From Chloroflexota bacterium (GTDB taxonomy: Bacteria; Chloroflexota; Limnocylindria; Limnocylindrales; CSP1-4): a DNA stretch of 64,000 bases. The notes below the pieces were generated by a model. That model was not told the DNA's origin, did no database searches, and was given only the letters and a program-made list of their open reading frames with translations. Positions within the stretch are counted from its first letter, which is position 1. Every line of letters begins with the position of its first letter. The translations under genes were made by a program, and so were the position numbers. Below are positions 19,134 through 29,677 of the stretch, one piece after another. The stretch covers positions 119,516 through 183,515 of the forward strand of contig JAUJOH010000002.1 in assembly GCA_030447745.1 (NCBI GenBank), given 5' to 3'.

Positions 19134-19208
19134 TTATCCACGAACTTGCCGGGCTGCGTTTCGGCGCTGTCCACGAGATGTGCACCGCTGTTGACAGGCC
19201 GTGGATAA
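19134..19208. promoter_or_regulatory. Cluster of DnaA-box-like 9-mers
   Basis: TTATCCACG at 19134, CTGTCCACG at 19167, TGTTGACAG at 19189 and CGTGGATAA at 19200. Confidence 0.5.
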
Positions 19209-19243
19209 CGACGCGACCGCGGGGCCGGGGAACGACCGCCTCG

Positions 19244-20332
<1,089 letters not shown>

Positions 20333-20458
20333 CCCGCTATCGTAGCCCGGCCGCCTCCGAATCCTCCTCCAGGCATCCGTCGTGACACGGCCGTGAGCCC
20401 GCGTCTCGGTCGGGCGAGCCGGGGACTCGGCGGACGCGCTCGGCGCGGTGCCGGATGT

Positions 20459-21163
20459 TCAGTCGCTCGAGGCAGGCGCTGGGGGCGTGACCGCCCGCCC
20501 GGTCGCCGCCTCGAGGCCGGCGAGCGCACCCGGCAGCTCTGCCAGCGACGACACGACGAGGTCCGCCTCCACGGGGTCGTCGCGCCCGGCCTGGATCCAT
20601 GCCCACGGTCCCCGCCGAATGAAGACGGCAACCAGCCCGGCCGCGGCCGCGGGCCGCACGTCGTTGTCGACCCGGTCGCCGACGTAGGCCACGGCCGCCG
20701 GAGGCAGCCCGAGCTCAGCGACGAGTCGCTCGAAGAACCGCGGGTCCGGTTTTTCGACGCCCCACGTGGCCGACGACGCGACGAGCTCGACGGGCGACTC
20801 GAGCTCGCGGAACAAGGCTTCGGTCCGGCTCGGCTGGTTGCCGACGATTCCCAGCCAGAAGCCGCCGTCGTGGAGGATCGCGAGGCACGGCTCCGCGTCC
20901 GGGTAGAGGTCCACGCGCCCGACGCGATCCGGGTCCTCGTCGCCGGACGCCTCCGCTCGCCGGCGAAGCTCCTCGGCCATGTCGAGGTCCGGCCGGAGCA
21001 ACCCGAACAGCTCGCGGTGGTCACCGCCCCGAGCGATGACCGCGCCGAGCACCGCCAGGAACGTCAGTCGCGGCACACCGAGCCGATCGGCCCAGGCGGA
21101 CCAGACCCGGGTCTCGTCGATGAGTGTCTCGCCGACGTCGAAGACGACCGCGCGCACTGCCAC
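20459..21163 (-). CDS. HAD-superfamily hydrolase
   Basis: FDVGETL, GNQ, EKP and GDRVDND. Confidence 0.85.
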   Translation of the reverse strand: MAVRAVVFDVGETLIDETRVWSAWADRLGVPRLTFLAVLGAVIARGGDHRELFGLLRPDLDMAEELRRRAEASGDEDPDRVGRVDLYPDAEPCLAILHDGGFWLGIVGNQPSRTEALFRELESPVELVASSATWGVEKPDPRFFERLVAELGLPPAAVAYVGDRVDNDVRPAAAAGLVAVFIRRGPWAWIQAGRDDPVEADLVVSSLAELPGALAGLEAATGRAVTPPAPASSD

Positions 21164-21204
21164 CCTGGCGGTGCGCCGTCAGACGCTCACGTCGACCGGC
21201 ACGC

Positions 21205-23169
21205 CTACTCCTCGGTCCGGCCGGAGTTCTGGCGGATCGTCTCCACCACGGCGGCGTCGGCGAGCGTCGTCGTGTCGCCGAGCGCCCGACCCTCGGCGAT
21301 GTCACGGAGCAGCCGGCGCATGATCTTGCCCGACCTCGTCTTCGGCAGATCGGGCGTCAGCATGATCGTCTTCGGCTTCGCGATCGGGCTGATCTTCGCC
21401 GCGACGTGCTCGCGCAGCTCGGTGCCCAGCTCCTTCGTGGGCTCGATCCCCACCTTCACGATCACGAACGCGTTGATCGCCTGGCCGGTGAGCGCGTCCG
21501 TGCCGCCGACGACCGCGGCTTCGGCGACCGCGGGGTGCGAGACGAGGGCGCTCTCCACCTCCGTCGTGCTGATGCGATGACCGGAGACGTTCATGACGTC
21601 GTCCACCCGGCCGAGCAGCCACAGGTAGCCGTCCTCGTCGCGCTTGGCGCCGTCACCGGCGAAATACATGCCCGGAAAGCGGCTCCAGTAGGTGGCGCGA
21701 TACCGCTCCGGGTCACCGTAGATCCCCCGCAGCATCGCGGGCCAGGGTCGCTTCAGGACGAGGAAGCCGCCGCCCCCGGGCGGCACGGACGTCCCGTTGC
21801 CGTCGACCACGTCTGCCTCGACGCCCGGGAACGGGAACGTGGCGCTGCCGGGCTTCGTGGTCGTGACCCCGGGCAGCGGCGTGATCATGATCATGCCGGT
21901 CTCGGTCTGCCACCACGTGTCGACGATCGGCGCACGGCCGCCGCCGACGTGCTCCTGGTACCAGAGCCACGCCTCCGGGTTGATCGGCTCGCCTACGGAG
22001 CCGAGCACCCGGAGCGACGAGAGGTCGTGCTGCTGGCAGTACTGCGGACCCTGCTTCATGTGGGCCCGGATCGCCGTCGGCGCGGTGTAGAGGATCGTGA
22101 CCTTGTAGTCCTCGATGATCTGCCACCAGCGTCCCCAGTCCGGCGTATCCGGCGCGCCCTCGTACAGGACGCCCGTGGCCGCGTTGGCCAGCGGGCCGTA
22201 GACGATGTAGCTGTGCCCGGTGACCCAGCCGACGTCGGCCGCGCACCAGTACACGTCGTCCGGCTTGAGGTCGAAGATCATCTCGTGGGTGTACGACGTG
22301 CCGAGCAGGTAGCCGGCCGTCGTGTGCACGATGCCCTTCGGCTTGGCCGTCGTGCCGGACGTGTAGAGCAGGTAGAGCGGGTGCTCCGAGTCGACGGCGA
22401 CGGGCGCGCAATCGGCCGGCTGACGCGGGACGATCTCGTCCCACCACACGTCACGGCCTTCCTGCATCGGGCACTGCGTCGCCTGCTCGCCCAGTCGGCG
22501 GACGACGAGCACCTTCTCGATCGTGGGCGTCTCCAGGAGCGCCTCGTCGACGGCCGGCTTGAGCTCGGCGGGCTTCCCCCGACGCCAGCCACCGTCGGCC
22601 GTGATCACGACCTTCGCCTCGGCATCGTTGATGCGGCCCGACAGCGCCTCGGCGCTGAAGCCCCCGAAGACGACCGTGTGCGGGGCACCGAGCCTCGCGC
22701 AGGCGAGCATCGCGATCGGGAGCTCCGGGATCATCGGCATGTAAATGGCGACGCGGTCGCCCTTCTCCACGCCGAGCTCGCGGAGCGCATTGGCGGCCCG
22801 GGACACCTCGTCGAGGAGATCGGCGTAGGTGATGGTCCGCGTGTCGCCCGGCTCGCCGATCCAGTGGTACGCGACCTTCTGGCCGAGCCCGGCTTCGACG
22901 TGGCGGTCGACGCAGTTGTAGCTGACGTTGAGCTCGCCGCCTACGAACCAGCGCGCGAAGGGCAGGTCCCACTCGAGGGTCGTGTCGAACGGCTTCGTCC
23001 AGCTGAGGCGCGCGCGCGCCAGCCGCGCCCAGAACGCCTCGAAGTCGCGCTCGGCTTCCTCGTAGAGGTCCGCCGTGGCGTTGGCCTGAGCGGCAAAGGC
23101 CGGGTCGGGCGGGAACGTGCGTCGCTCGGCGAGAAGCGCTTCGATCTCGGGGCGCTGCTCGACGCTCAC
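21205..23169 (-). CDS. acs: Acetyl-CoA synthetase
   Basis: [23 protein letters not shown] and [17 protein letters not shown] -10 and GGAGGAGG SD upstream. Confidence 0.95.
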   Translation of the reverse strand: MSVEQRPEIEALLAERRTFPPDPAFAAQANATADLYEEAERDFEAFWARLARARLSWTKPFDTTLEWDLPFARWFVGGELNVSYNCVDRHVEAGLGQKVAYHWIGEPGDTRTITYADLLDEVSRAANALRELGVEKGDRVAIYMPMIPELPIAMLACARLGAPHTVVFGGFSAEALSGRINDAEAKVVITADGGWRRGKPAELKPAVDEALLETPTIEKVLVVRRLGEQATQCPMQEGRDVWWDEIVPRQPADCAPVAVDSEHPLYLLYTSGTTAKPKGIVHTTAGYLLGTSYTHEMIFDLKPDDVYWCAADVGWVTGHSYIVYGPLANAATGVLYEGAPDTPDWGRWWQIIEDYKVTILYTAPTAIRAHMKQGPQYCQQHDLSSLRVLGSVGEPINPEAWLWYQEHVGGGRAPIVDTWWQTETGMIMITPLPGVTTTKPGSATFPFPGVEADVVDGNGTSVPPGGGGFLVLKRPWPAMLRGIYGDPERYRATYWSRFPGMYFAGDGAKRDEDGYLWLLGRVDDVMNVSGHRISTTEVESALVSHPAVAEAAVVGGTDALTGQAINAFVIVKVGIEPTKELGTELREHVAAKISPIAKPKTIMLTPDLPKTRSGKIMRRLLRDIAEGRALGDTTTLADAAVVETIRQNSGRTEE

Positions 23170-23234
23170 CGGGGCCACCTCCTCCCACGTCCGCGTGTCG
23201 CCGCGCATTCTACGCGCGGCGGGCCGTCGCGACC

Positions 23235-24170
23235 CTACGGAGCCGGTCCCAGTCCCGGCGCCTCCTCGGGTGGCGGGCCGACGGTCGCCTCGGGCGCGTG
23301 CGGGCCCGGCCCATCCGGGTCGCGCGCGAGGATGACGCGCTGTGGTCGCGGAATCTCGATCCCGTGCTCGTTGAAGGCGGCGAGCAGGCGCTTGCGCAGC
23401 TCGCTCCGGGCCGCCCACTGGTCGACCGCGCGGACGGAGCCCAGGACCTTGAGCGTCACCCCGTACTCGCCGATCGCCTCGACGCGGTCGACGCGGGGCG
23501 GCTCGAGCAGCCGGCGGCGCCAGAGCGGATCGGCGGCCATCCCCTGGCCGGCGCCGTCCACGACCGCGATCGCCCGGTCGAGCTCGGTCCCGTGCTCGAT
23601 CGTGACGTCCTGGTTGATCCGTGCCCATGTCCGCGTTCGGTTCGAGGCGACCTTGATCTCGCCGTTCGGGACGGTGTGGACGACCCCGTGGAGGTCGCGC
23701 AGCGTCGTCCGGCGGAGCGTCAGGTCCTCCACCGTTCCGGTCACGCCGGCGATCGAGACGACGTCGCCGATCGAGAACTGGTTCTCGATCAGGATCAGCG
23801 CCCCGTTGAAGTAGTCGCGGACGAGGCTCTGGGCGCCGAACCCGACGGCGATGCCGACGACCCCGAGCCCGGCGATCGCCGGACCGATGTTGAAGTCCAG
23901 CTTGCCCAGGACCATCAGCCCGGCGACCACGATGACGAAGGCCTGGAGGACGCGGGTGGCAAGGGTCTCGATCGTGTCGGTTCGGCGCTGGATCTCGACG
24001 GCCGTCAACTCCTGGGACGTGCCCTCGGCCGCCTCGCGCGCGAAGAGCGCCTTGACGATGCCGTCGACGAGGAGCCGGACGCCGCGGAGGGCGACGAGCG
24101 CGAGGACGACGATGACGACGATCGAGAGGGTCGTCTGGCCGATCTCAGGCGGGACGTGGTCCAGGGGCAT
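23235..24170 (-). CDS. Small-conductance mechanosensitive channel (MscS family)
   Basis: [28 protein letters not shown] and VPNGEI. Confidence 0.9.
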   Translation of the reverse strand: MPLDHVPPEIGQTTLSIVVIVVLALVALRGVRLLVDGIVKALFAREAAEGTSQELTAVEIQRRTDTIETLATRVLQAFVIVVAGLMVLGKLDFNIGPAIAGLGVVGIAVGFGAQSLVRDYFNGALILIENQFSIGDVVSIAGVTGTVEDLTLRRTTLRDLHGVVHTVPNGEIKVASNRTRTWARINQDVTIEHGTELDRAIAVVDGAGQGMAADPLWRRRLLEPPRVDRVEAIGEYGVTLKVLGSVRAVDQWAARSELRKRLLAAFNEHGIEIPRPQRVILARDPDGPGPHAPEATVGPPPEEAPGLGPAP

Positions 24171-24220
24171 GGCCGCTAGCGTAGCGGCGGCTACGGACGG
24201 TGACCGGCCGCGCGCGACCG

Positions 24221-25077
24221 TCAGGCGGAGACGGCCGTCGTGACTCGCGGTGCCGGCTCGAGCGTCGCTCCGCCGGCGGTTCCACCGAGCCGGACAGAGA
24301 TGGCGGCTGCCGCCTCGCGTGCCTGCGCGGCGAGCTCCGGAATCCGGCGCGGCGTGACCCGGAACTCCGGTCCCCGGATGTCGACGGCCGCGACGACGTT
24401 GCCGCGCGCATCGTGGACCGGGGCGCCGCGACGACGTGGCCGCGCGCATCGTGGACCGGGGCGGCGACGGCCTTCAGCCCCGCCTCGTGCTCGCCGAGAG
24501 CCGTCGCGTACCCTCGCCGGCGGACGCGCGCCAGCTCCTCGAGCAGCGGCTCGAGCTTGACCAGCGTGCGGTCCGTGTAGGACGCCAGGCCGCGGCGGAC
24601 GATCCGCAGCACCTCGCGCTCGGGGAGCGCCGCCAGCAGGACCTTGCCCGACGCGACGCCATGGAGCGCCGCGGAGCGGCCCGTCCAGTCCCGGACCGCG
24701 ATCAGGTTCGGGCCGTCCGCCTGGGCAACCGTGAGGAGCTGGTCGCCGTCGAGCACGCCGAGACTGGTCGTCTCGTGGGTCAGGCGTGCGAGGCCGTCGA
24801 GCTCGGGGAGCGCGATCCCGCGCAGGTCGAGCGTCCGCTCGGCGTGCTCGGCCAGGCGGATGACGATCAGGCCGAGCCGGTACTTCCCCGTCTCGCCGTC
24901 CTGTTCGACGAGCCCGCGCTTCTCCAGCGTCGCGAGCAGCCGTGAGGCGGTCGACTTGTGCAGCCCGAGCCGCCGTGCCAGCTGGGTGACGCCGGCCTGG
25001 CCGTCGCTCTCGCCCAGCGCGAGGAGGAGCGCGGCCGCTCGGTCGACCGACCGAACGGCATTTCCGTCAAGCGTCAT
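24221..25077 (-). pseudogene. IclR family transcriptional regulator, frameshifted by a 38-bp tandem duplication at 24387-24462
   Basis: SVDRAAALL HTH, GLHKSTASRLL, ASGKVLLA and AVAAPV. The C-terminus continues AAVDIRGPEFRV in another frame. Confidence 0.85.
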
Positions 25078-25213
25078 CTCCTGCTCCTCCCTGCCCCGAC
25101 GAGCCTGCCGCGACGAGCGGCGGCCGTCAACCGTGGTGGTCACCGTACGTGCGCCGCCCCGAGCTCGCCGCGCGCACGTGCCTCCAAAGCCGCCGCGAGC
25201 CAGCCGGAAACCG

Positions 25214-25576
25214 TCAGGCGCGCCATCTCGACCAGCCCGTCAGCTCGCACACCAGCTCGATGGCGCGGATCTCGTCTTCCGTCGTCAGCGAGAAGCTGAC
25301 CCCGCGCCGCATCCGCTCGTTGACGTGGTCGTCGACCCGCTCGTCGCCGTGCCCGAGGATGACCGGACCGTAGCCCATGCGGAGGTCGACGAACTCGTTG
25401 TTGTCCGCGTCCCAGACGAGGCCGCCCTTGCCGCGATCGACGTAGACCGTGGACTCGCCCGACGCCCGGAAGTTCGAGTCCGTGCCGCCCGGCAGCGAGT
25501 AGATGGCCCGCCGGTAGAGCTCGGTCTGGCGGTCCCGGGTGATGGCACGCACAGGCGCGGCCGGCTGGGTGGCCAT
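25214..25576 (-). pseudogene. N-terminal fragment (~125 aa) of a class III aminotransferase (GSA-aminomutase-like)
   Basis: PGGTDSNFR, VWDADNNEFVDLRMGYGPVILGH, then EMARLTVSG. The rest of the enzyme is absent. Confidence 0.75.
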
Positions 25577-25901
25577 GGCTCCTCCGGTCTGCACGCGCGG
25601 GGCGAGCGCGTTGCGGTGTGCCCAACGAGGGTGCCGATCGTCGCACACCTGCCCGGCCGGCGTCAAAGCGAGAATCGTCTTCACCGGCCTGGTCCGACGC
25701 GATTCGCGCACCTGGAACGCCATGACCATGCGAACCGAGGCCGGAAAGGCGCACGGCTCGCCGGGCCATCGCATTGAGCATGCCGAACCGCTCGGCCTCG
25801 CTCCGGAAGAGCCCCATCTCGTCCGCTGCGCCGCCGACCATTCGCGCGCCGAGGCGCCGGAAGGTGTTGAGGTTCGGGTTCTCCATCTCGAGCGCGATCG
25901 G

Positions 25902-28614
25902 TTACCGCTCCAGCTCGAAGAGCGGCAGCTGCTCCCCTTCGCGCTCGACGACCGGATCGAGCCCGAGCAGCGGCTCGAGCGCGCCGAGGGACAGTCGATC
26001 GGCGGCGAGGAACGAGCGCAGATGGTTCCACTTGAGGATGTGCCAGTTGCCCTCGTCGAAGGCGTGGCGGAGCACCGGAGAGCGCTCCAACTTGTGCCGG
26101 ACGAGCTCGGTGCGCTCGGCTGGGATGACGAGGAACCGGACGAGCCGGTCGTCCGGCGGGATGCGGACGTGCCGGCGGAGCACGGGCTCCCCGAGTATCG
26201 CGGTCCACTCGACCTCGAACATGAAGGCCGCCGCCTGGGGCACGTACCAGATCGCGTCGACCGCCTCGAGCGCGTCCTCGTGCCCGCGGGCGACGCGCGG
26301 CAGGTGCACCCGCCGCTCCCGCTCGTCGAGCCGATCGCCGAGCAGGGCGCCGCCCAGTCGGCGTGCCTGCTCGCGCGTGGCCAGCCACACCCGCATCCCG
26401 AGGCGGTGGCCGCCGTCCGCCAGTTCCGCGAGGAGCTCCGTGTGCTCGTGCGAGCGCCGGACGAGGTCGTCGGCGGTCCCGATCTCCTCGGGGCTCAGAT
26501 CGACCCGGTAGCTCTCGAGACAGGCCCGCACGAGCGCCGGATCCGGCCGGTCCGCGCCGGTGAACAGCGCGTCGATCCGGTCGAGGAACGCGGGCTCCGT
26601 GATCGACGTGACCGTCGACAGGACGCTGTACACGGCCCACTCGACGCGGTCAGCGAGCGGGGTCGCCGCGGCCGCCTGATCCTCGCGATCGCGCAGCCAC
26701 CAGCTGCCGGTCTCGAGCTCGACCAGGTGCCGCTGCGTCGGCCGCGTCAGCTCGTCCCGGATCAGCCCCAGCAGTCGGTCGACGGGATCCGCCGGCCGTT
26801 GGGCCATCCGCCCCGACGCCCCGGCGCCCACGGCGCGCGCGCTGGCCGCGGCACCGCCGGCGTCCGCGGCACCGCCGGCGTCCGCGCCCGAACGCACCGC
26901 ATCGGCTTCTGGAGCACCTCTCGCGAACTCGGCCACGGCGAGCCGGCGAAGCGGTCCGGCTCGATCGAGTCCCGTGACGATCTGCCCGAGCAGCCACTCC
27001 CACGGGGCGGGCTCGCCGCGCGTCATCAGCGCGTCGACGGCCGTCTCCGTGACGACGCGTGCGGCGTCGAGCGCGGAGAAGCGTCGGGAGTCGACGCGCT
27101 CCGGAGCCGCGAAGAGACCCGGGGCCGGCACGAGCTCCGCGTCGCCGGCCCGGCCCGGGAGGGTTGGCAGCTGGACGTTGGCGCGCGTCCGCGCCGCCGG
27201 GCGCACCGTCCCACCGGGCGGCAGCAGCTCGACGAGCCCGCCGTCAGTCCCGCCGGGGTCGGCGGGGCGCGCGTCGACGACCCGGTAGCCGGCCGACGCG
27301 GCGCCGATGGCGGCGGCGACGAGCGCTTCCGGTCCGCCTTCCTCGACGAGGAGCGTCACCCGACCGTCGTCCGCCACGAGCGGCGCGATCGAGGCGAGCG
27401 TTCGCCGGAGCGCCGCTGATTGCCAGCTCCACGGCGCCCGGAAACCCGACCCGAGCAGCGGCTCGACAGGCAGCGTGGCCGCGGCCGCTCGACCGAGCGC
27501 CCACGCCGTGCCGTGGAACGCCAGCGCCGCGTGCTGCTGCGTGGGACGTCGCGGCGGCTGACCGATGGCGAGACGGACGCGCGGCGCCATGCTGCGCTCG
27601 GCCCGGCGCCCGGACGAGCAGCACCGTCGCTGAGCCGTCCGCGAGGCTCGCGGCATCCTCACCGACGCGCGCCTGCAGCGGGGCCGCGACATCGCCATCG
27701 AGCGCCGCGACGAAGCCGCGGATCGAGGCGAACGCTTCCTCGTAGGCGAGCCACGGGTTGCGCTCGCGCCACGAACCGGGTCCCGGCTGGCGGACGCGGC
27801 CGTCCACGACCCGCGGCAACCGGATCCGACGGCCACCGGAGGCGAGGCGGCTGGCCGGGAGAACTGCCTCGAGGAAGGCCAGCCGCAGCGCGGCCTCGAT
27901 CGGTTCGGCGCGCACCTCGCCCTCGATCGCGTCGAGCAGCCAGGCGAGCCCGACCAGCTGCCGGTCGGTGTGCAGGCCGAGCAGATCGGTCACGAGATCG
28001 CCGGCCTCGTCGGGTACCGGGAACCGCGCGCGGAGCGCGGCCCGGACGTCGTGGAGCCTCGGCGGCGGCGCGCCGGCGCGACCAGCGTCGCGATCGTCGA
28101 CGGGCGCCGCTCGCGCGTCGGCGTCGGCCGGATCGAGACAGGCGGCGCAGCGGACGTGCTTTCGGAGCAGGCGACTCCGGCCGCCTCGCTCCTCGGACAC
28201 GGCGGGGGCGATCCACGTCAGCTCGTCCGCGACGGCGTCGCCGCCACAGGCCGTGCAGGTCGTGGCGAACAGCCCGTCGATCGCTGCCCGGACGGTCGTC
28301 TCACCTCGCCGCGAGGTCGCCACGGACTCCAGGGCGGCGACGAGATGCCCGGCGTCCGGCGGCCGCAGGACGAGCTCGGCGAGCAGGTGGGCCAGCGGTC
28401 CGGACTCGAGCGAGATCGCGCGCCGCGCCCGGTCGATCGCTTTTCGTGCGATCCAGCCACCACGCCCGTGGATGTCGAGCACGACGTCGCCTGTCGCGGT
28501 ATGCCGAGTGATCTGGTCGACGACGGGATCCGACCGCGGTGGTGGGAGCAGGCGCTCGAGCACGGGCAGGACGGGCCGGGGCGCCGGCCGGCCGGGGAGG
28601 GTGCGAGCCGCCAT
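25902..28614 (-). CDS. Large DNA methyltransferase-like protein with Zn ribbon and C-terminal nuclease-like domain; frameshift near 27625
   Basis: GDVVLDIHGRGG (motif I-like), CTAC..CAAC, IGQPPR at the motif IV position, and C-terminal VDAIW..FEVEW. Confidence 0.6.
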
Positions 28615-28705
28615 CGCGGCCGATTGTCGCAGAGCGAGTCAGGCCGGCGGGACGCTCGGCGCGGTCGCCGGCGAGAAGCGTGCGGTGCTGGGCGGCGCCT
28701 CCGGC

Positions 28706-29563
28706 TCAGGCCTCGTCGAGCTCGTCCGGCTCCTCTTCGAACGCCTCGTCGGTCGTGACGTCCGCCGGCAGGACGCGGTCGAGGTCCTCGATCTCGTCGT
28801 CCTCGTCATCGTCCTCGAGATCCTCCTCGAGCTCCATCTCCTCGCGGACCAGCGTGCCCTTGGTGTACGGGCGGAGGTCGGTCGACTTGGCCGCCGTCGG
28901 GAAGCTGACCTTGCCGTAGTTGCGGGGGTCCTGGTAGACCTCCCGGAGGATGATCCGCACGTCCTTGTCGCCGAGGGACGTCACGCCGGCCGCGTACTTG
29001 TTGCCGTCGGCCATGAGCTTGAGCAGGCGGGCGGCGACGCGCGGCTCGACCACACCGATGCGCACGCCGTTGCTGGTCGCGACGAGCCGGTTGCCCTCCG
29101 GTGTCAGCTCGACGGAATCGCCCGGATTGACCTGTGCCAGTTCCCGGGGGTGAGCCAGGTCCGTCAGGTACGCGAACCCCGTCTTGCCGGTCTCCTCGAC
29201 GAAGATCGAGACGGGGGCCTTGCTGCCGTCCCTGGCCGGAACCGTCTTCTCGCCGGCGGTCACGAGCAGGACCTTCAGACGATCGATGTTCCGCTCGGCG
29301 ATCCGGTTGGTCGGATCGAGCGCCAGGGCCGTCTGGTAGTGCTCTCGCGCCGCGGCCAGCTCACCGAGCTCCCAGAGCGCCTTGGCCAGCCGGTTCTCGG
29401 CCTCGGTGTCGGGGCCCAGCTCCAGCAGCTTGCGGTTGGACTCGGCCGCCTCGGGCCACTGCGCGCCGGTCGCCTGCGCGATCGCCTGGTCCGCAAGCTG
29501 ACGCTTGACACGGGTCGGGTTGACGGGAGCCTGCGACGAGGCGTCGACTTCGGGGAAGGTCAC
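28706..29563 (-). CDS. Tetratricopeptide repeat protein with acidic C-terminal tail
   Basis: TPR-like helices (AENRLAKALWELGELAAAREHYQTALALDPTN), a beta-rich domain and an E/D-rich tail. Confidence 0.8.
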   Translation of the reverse strand: MTFPEVDASSQAPVNPTRVKRQLADQAIAQATGAQWPEAAESNRKLLELGPDTEAENRLAKALWELGELAAAREHYQTALALDPTNRIAERNIDRLKVLLVTAGEKTVPARDGSKAPVSIFVEETGKTGFAYLTDLAHPRELAQVNPGDSVELTPEGNRLVATSNGVRIGVVEPRVAARLLKLMADGNKYAAGVTSLGDKDVRIILREVYQDPRNYGKVSFPTAAKSTDLRPYTKGTLVREEMELEEDLEDDDEDDEIEDLDRVLPADVTTDEAFEEEPDELDEA

Positions 29564-29677
29564 GGGGCGGAGATCCTTTCGGGCGGCCGGCGCGCGGCAT
29601 GGCGCCGCGGGCGGGGACGGAGCGACAGGCTTTCTAGCATCGGCCGCCCCGCGCGTCAAACGGCCGTCGGGTTCGCG

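Noticed and set aside
19134-19208. Chromosomal replication origin
   Set aside because: Only four boxes, no AT-rich unwinding element, and no dnaA, dnaN or parAB nearby.
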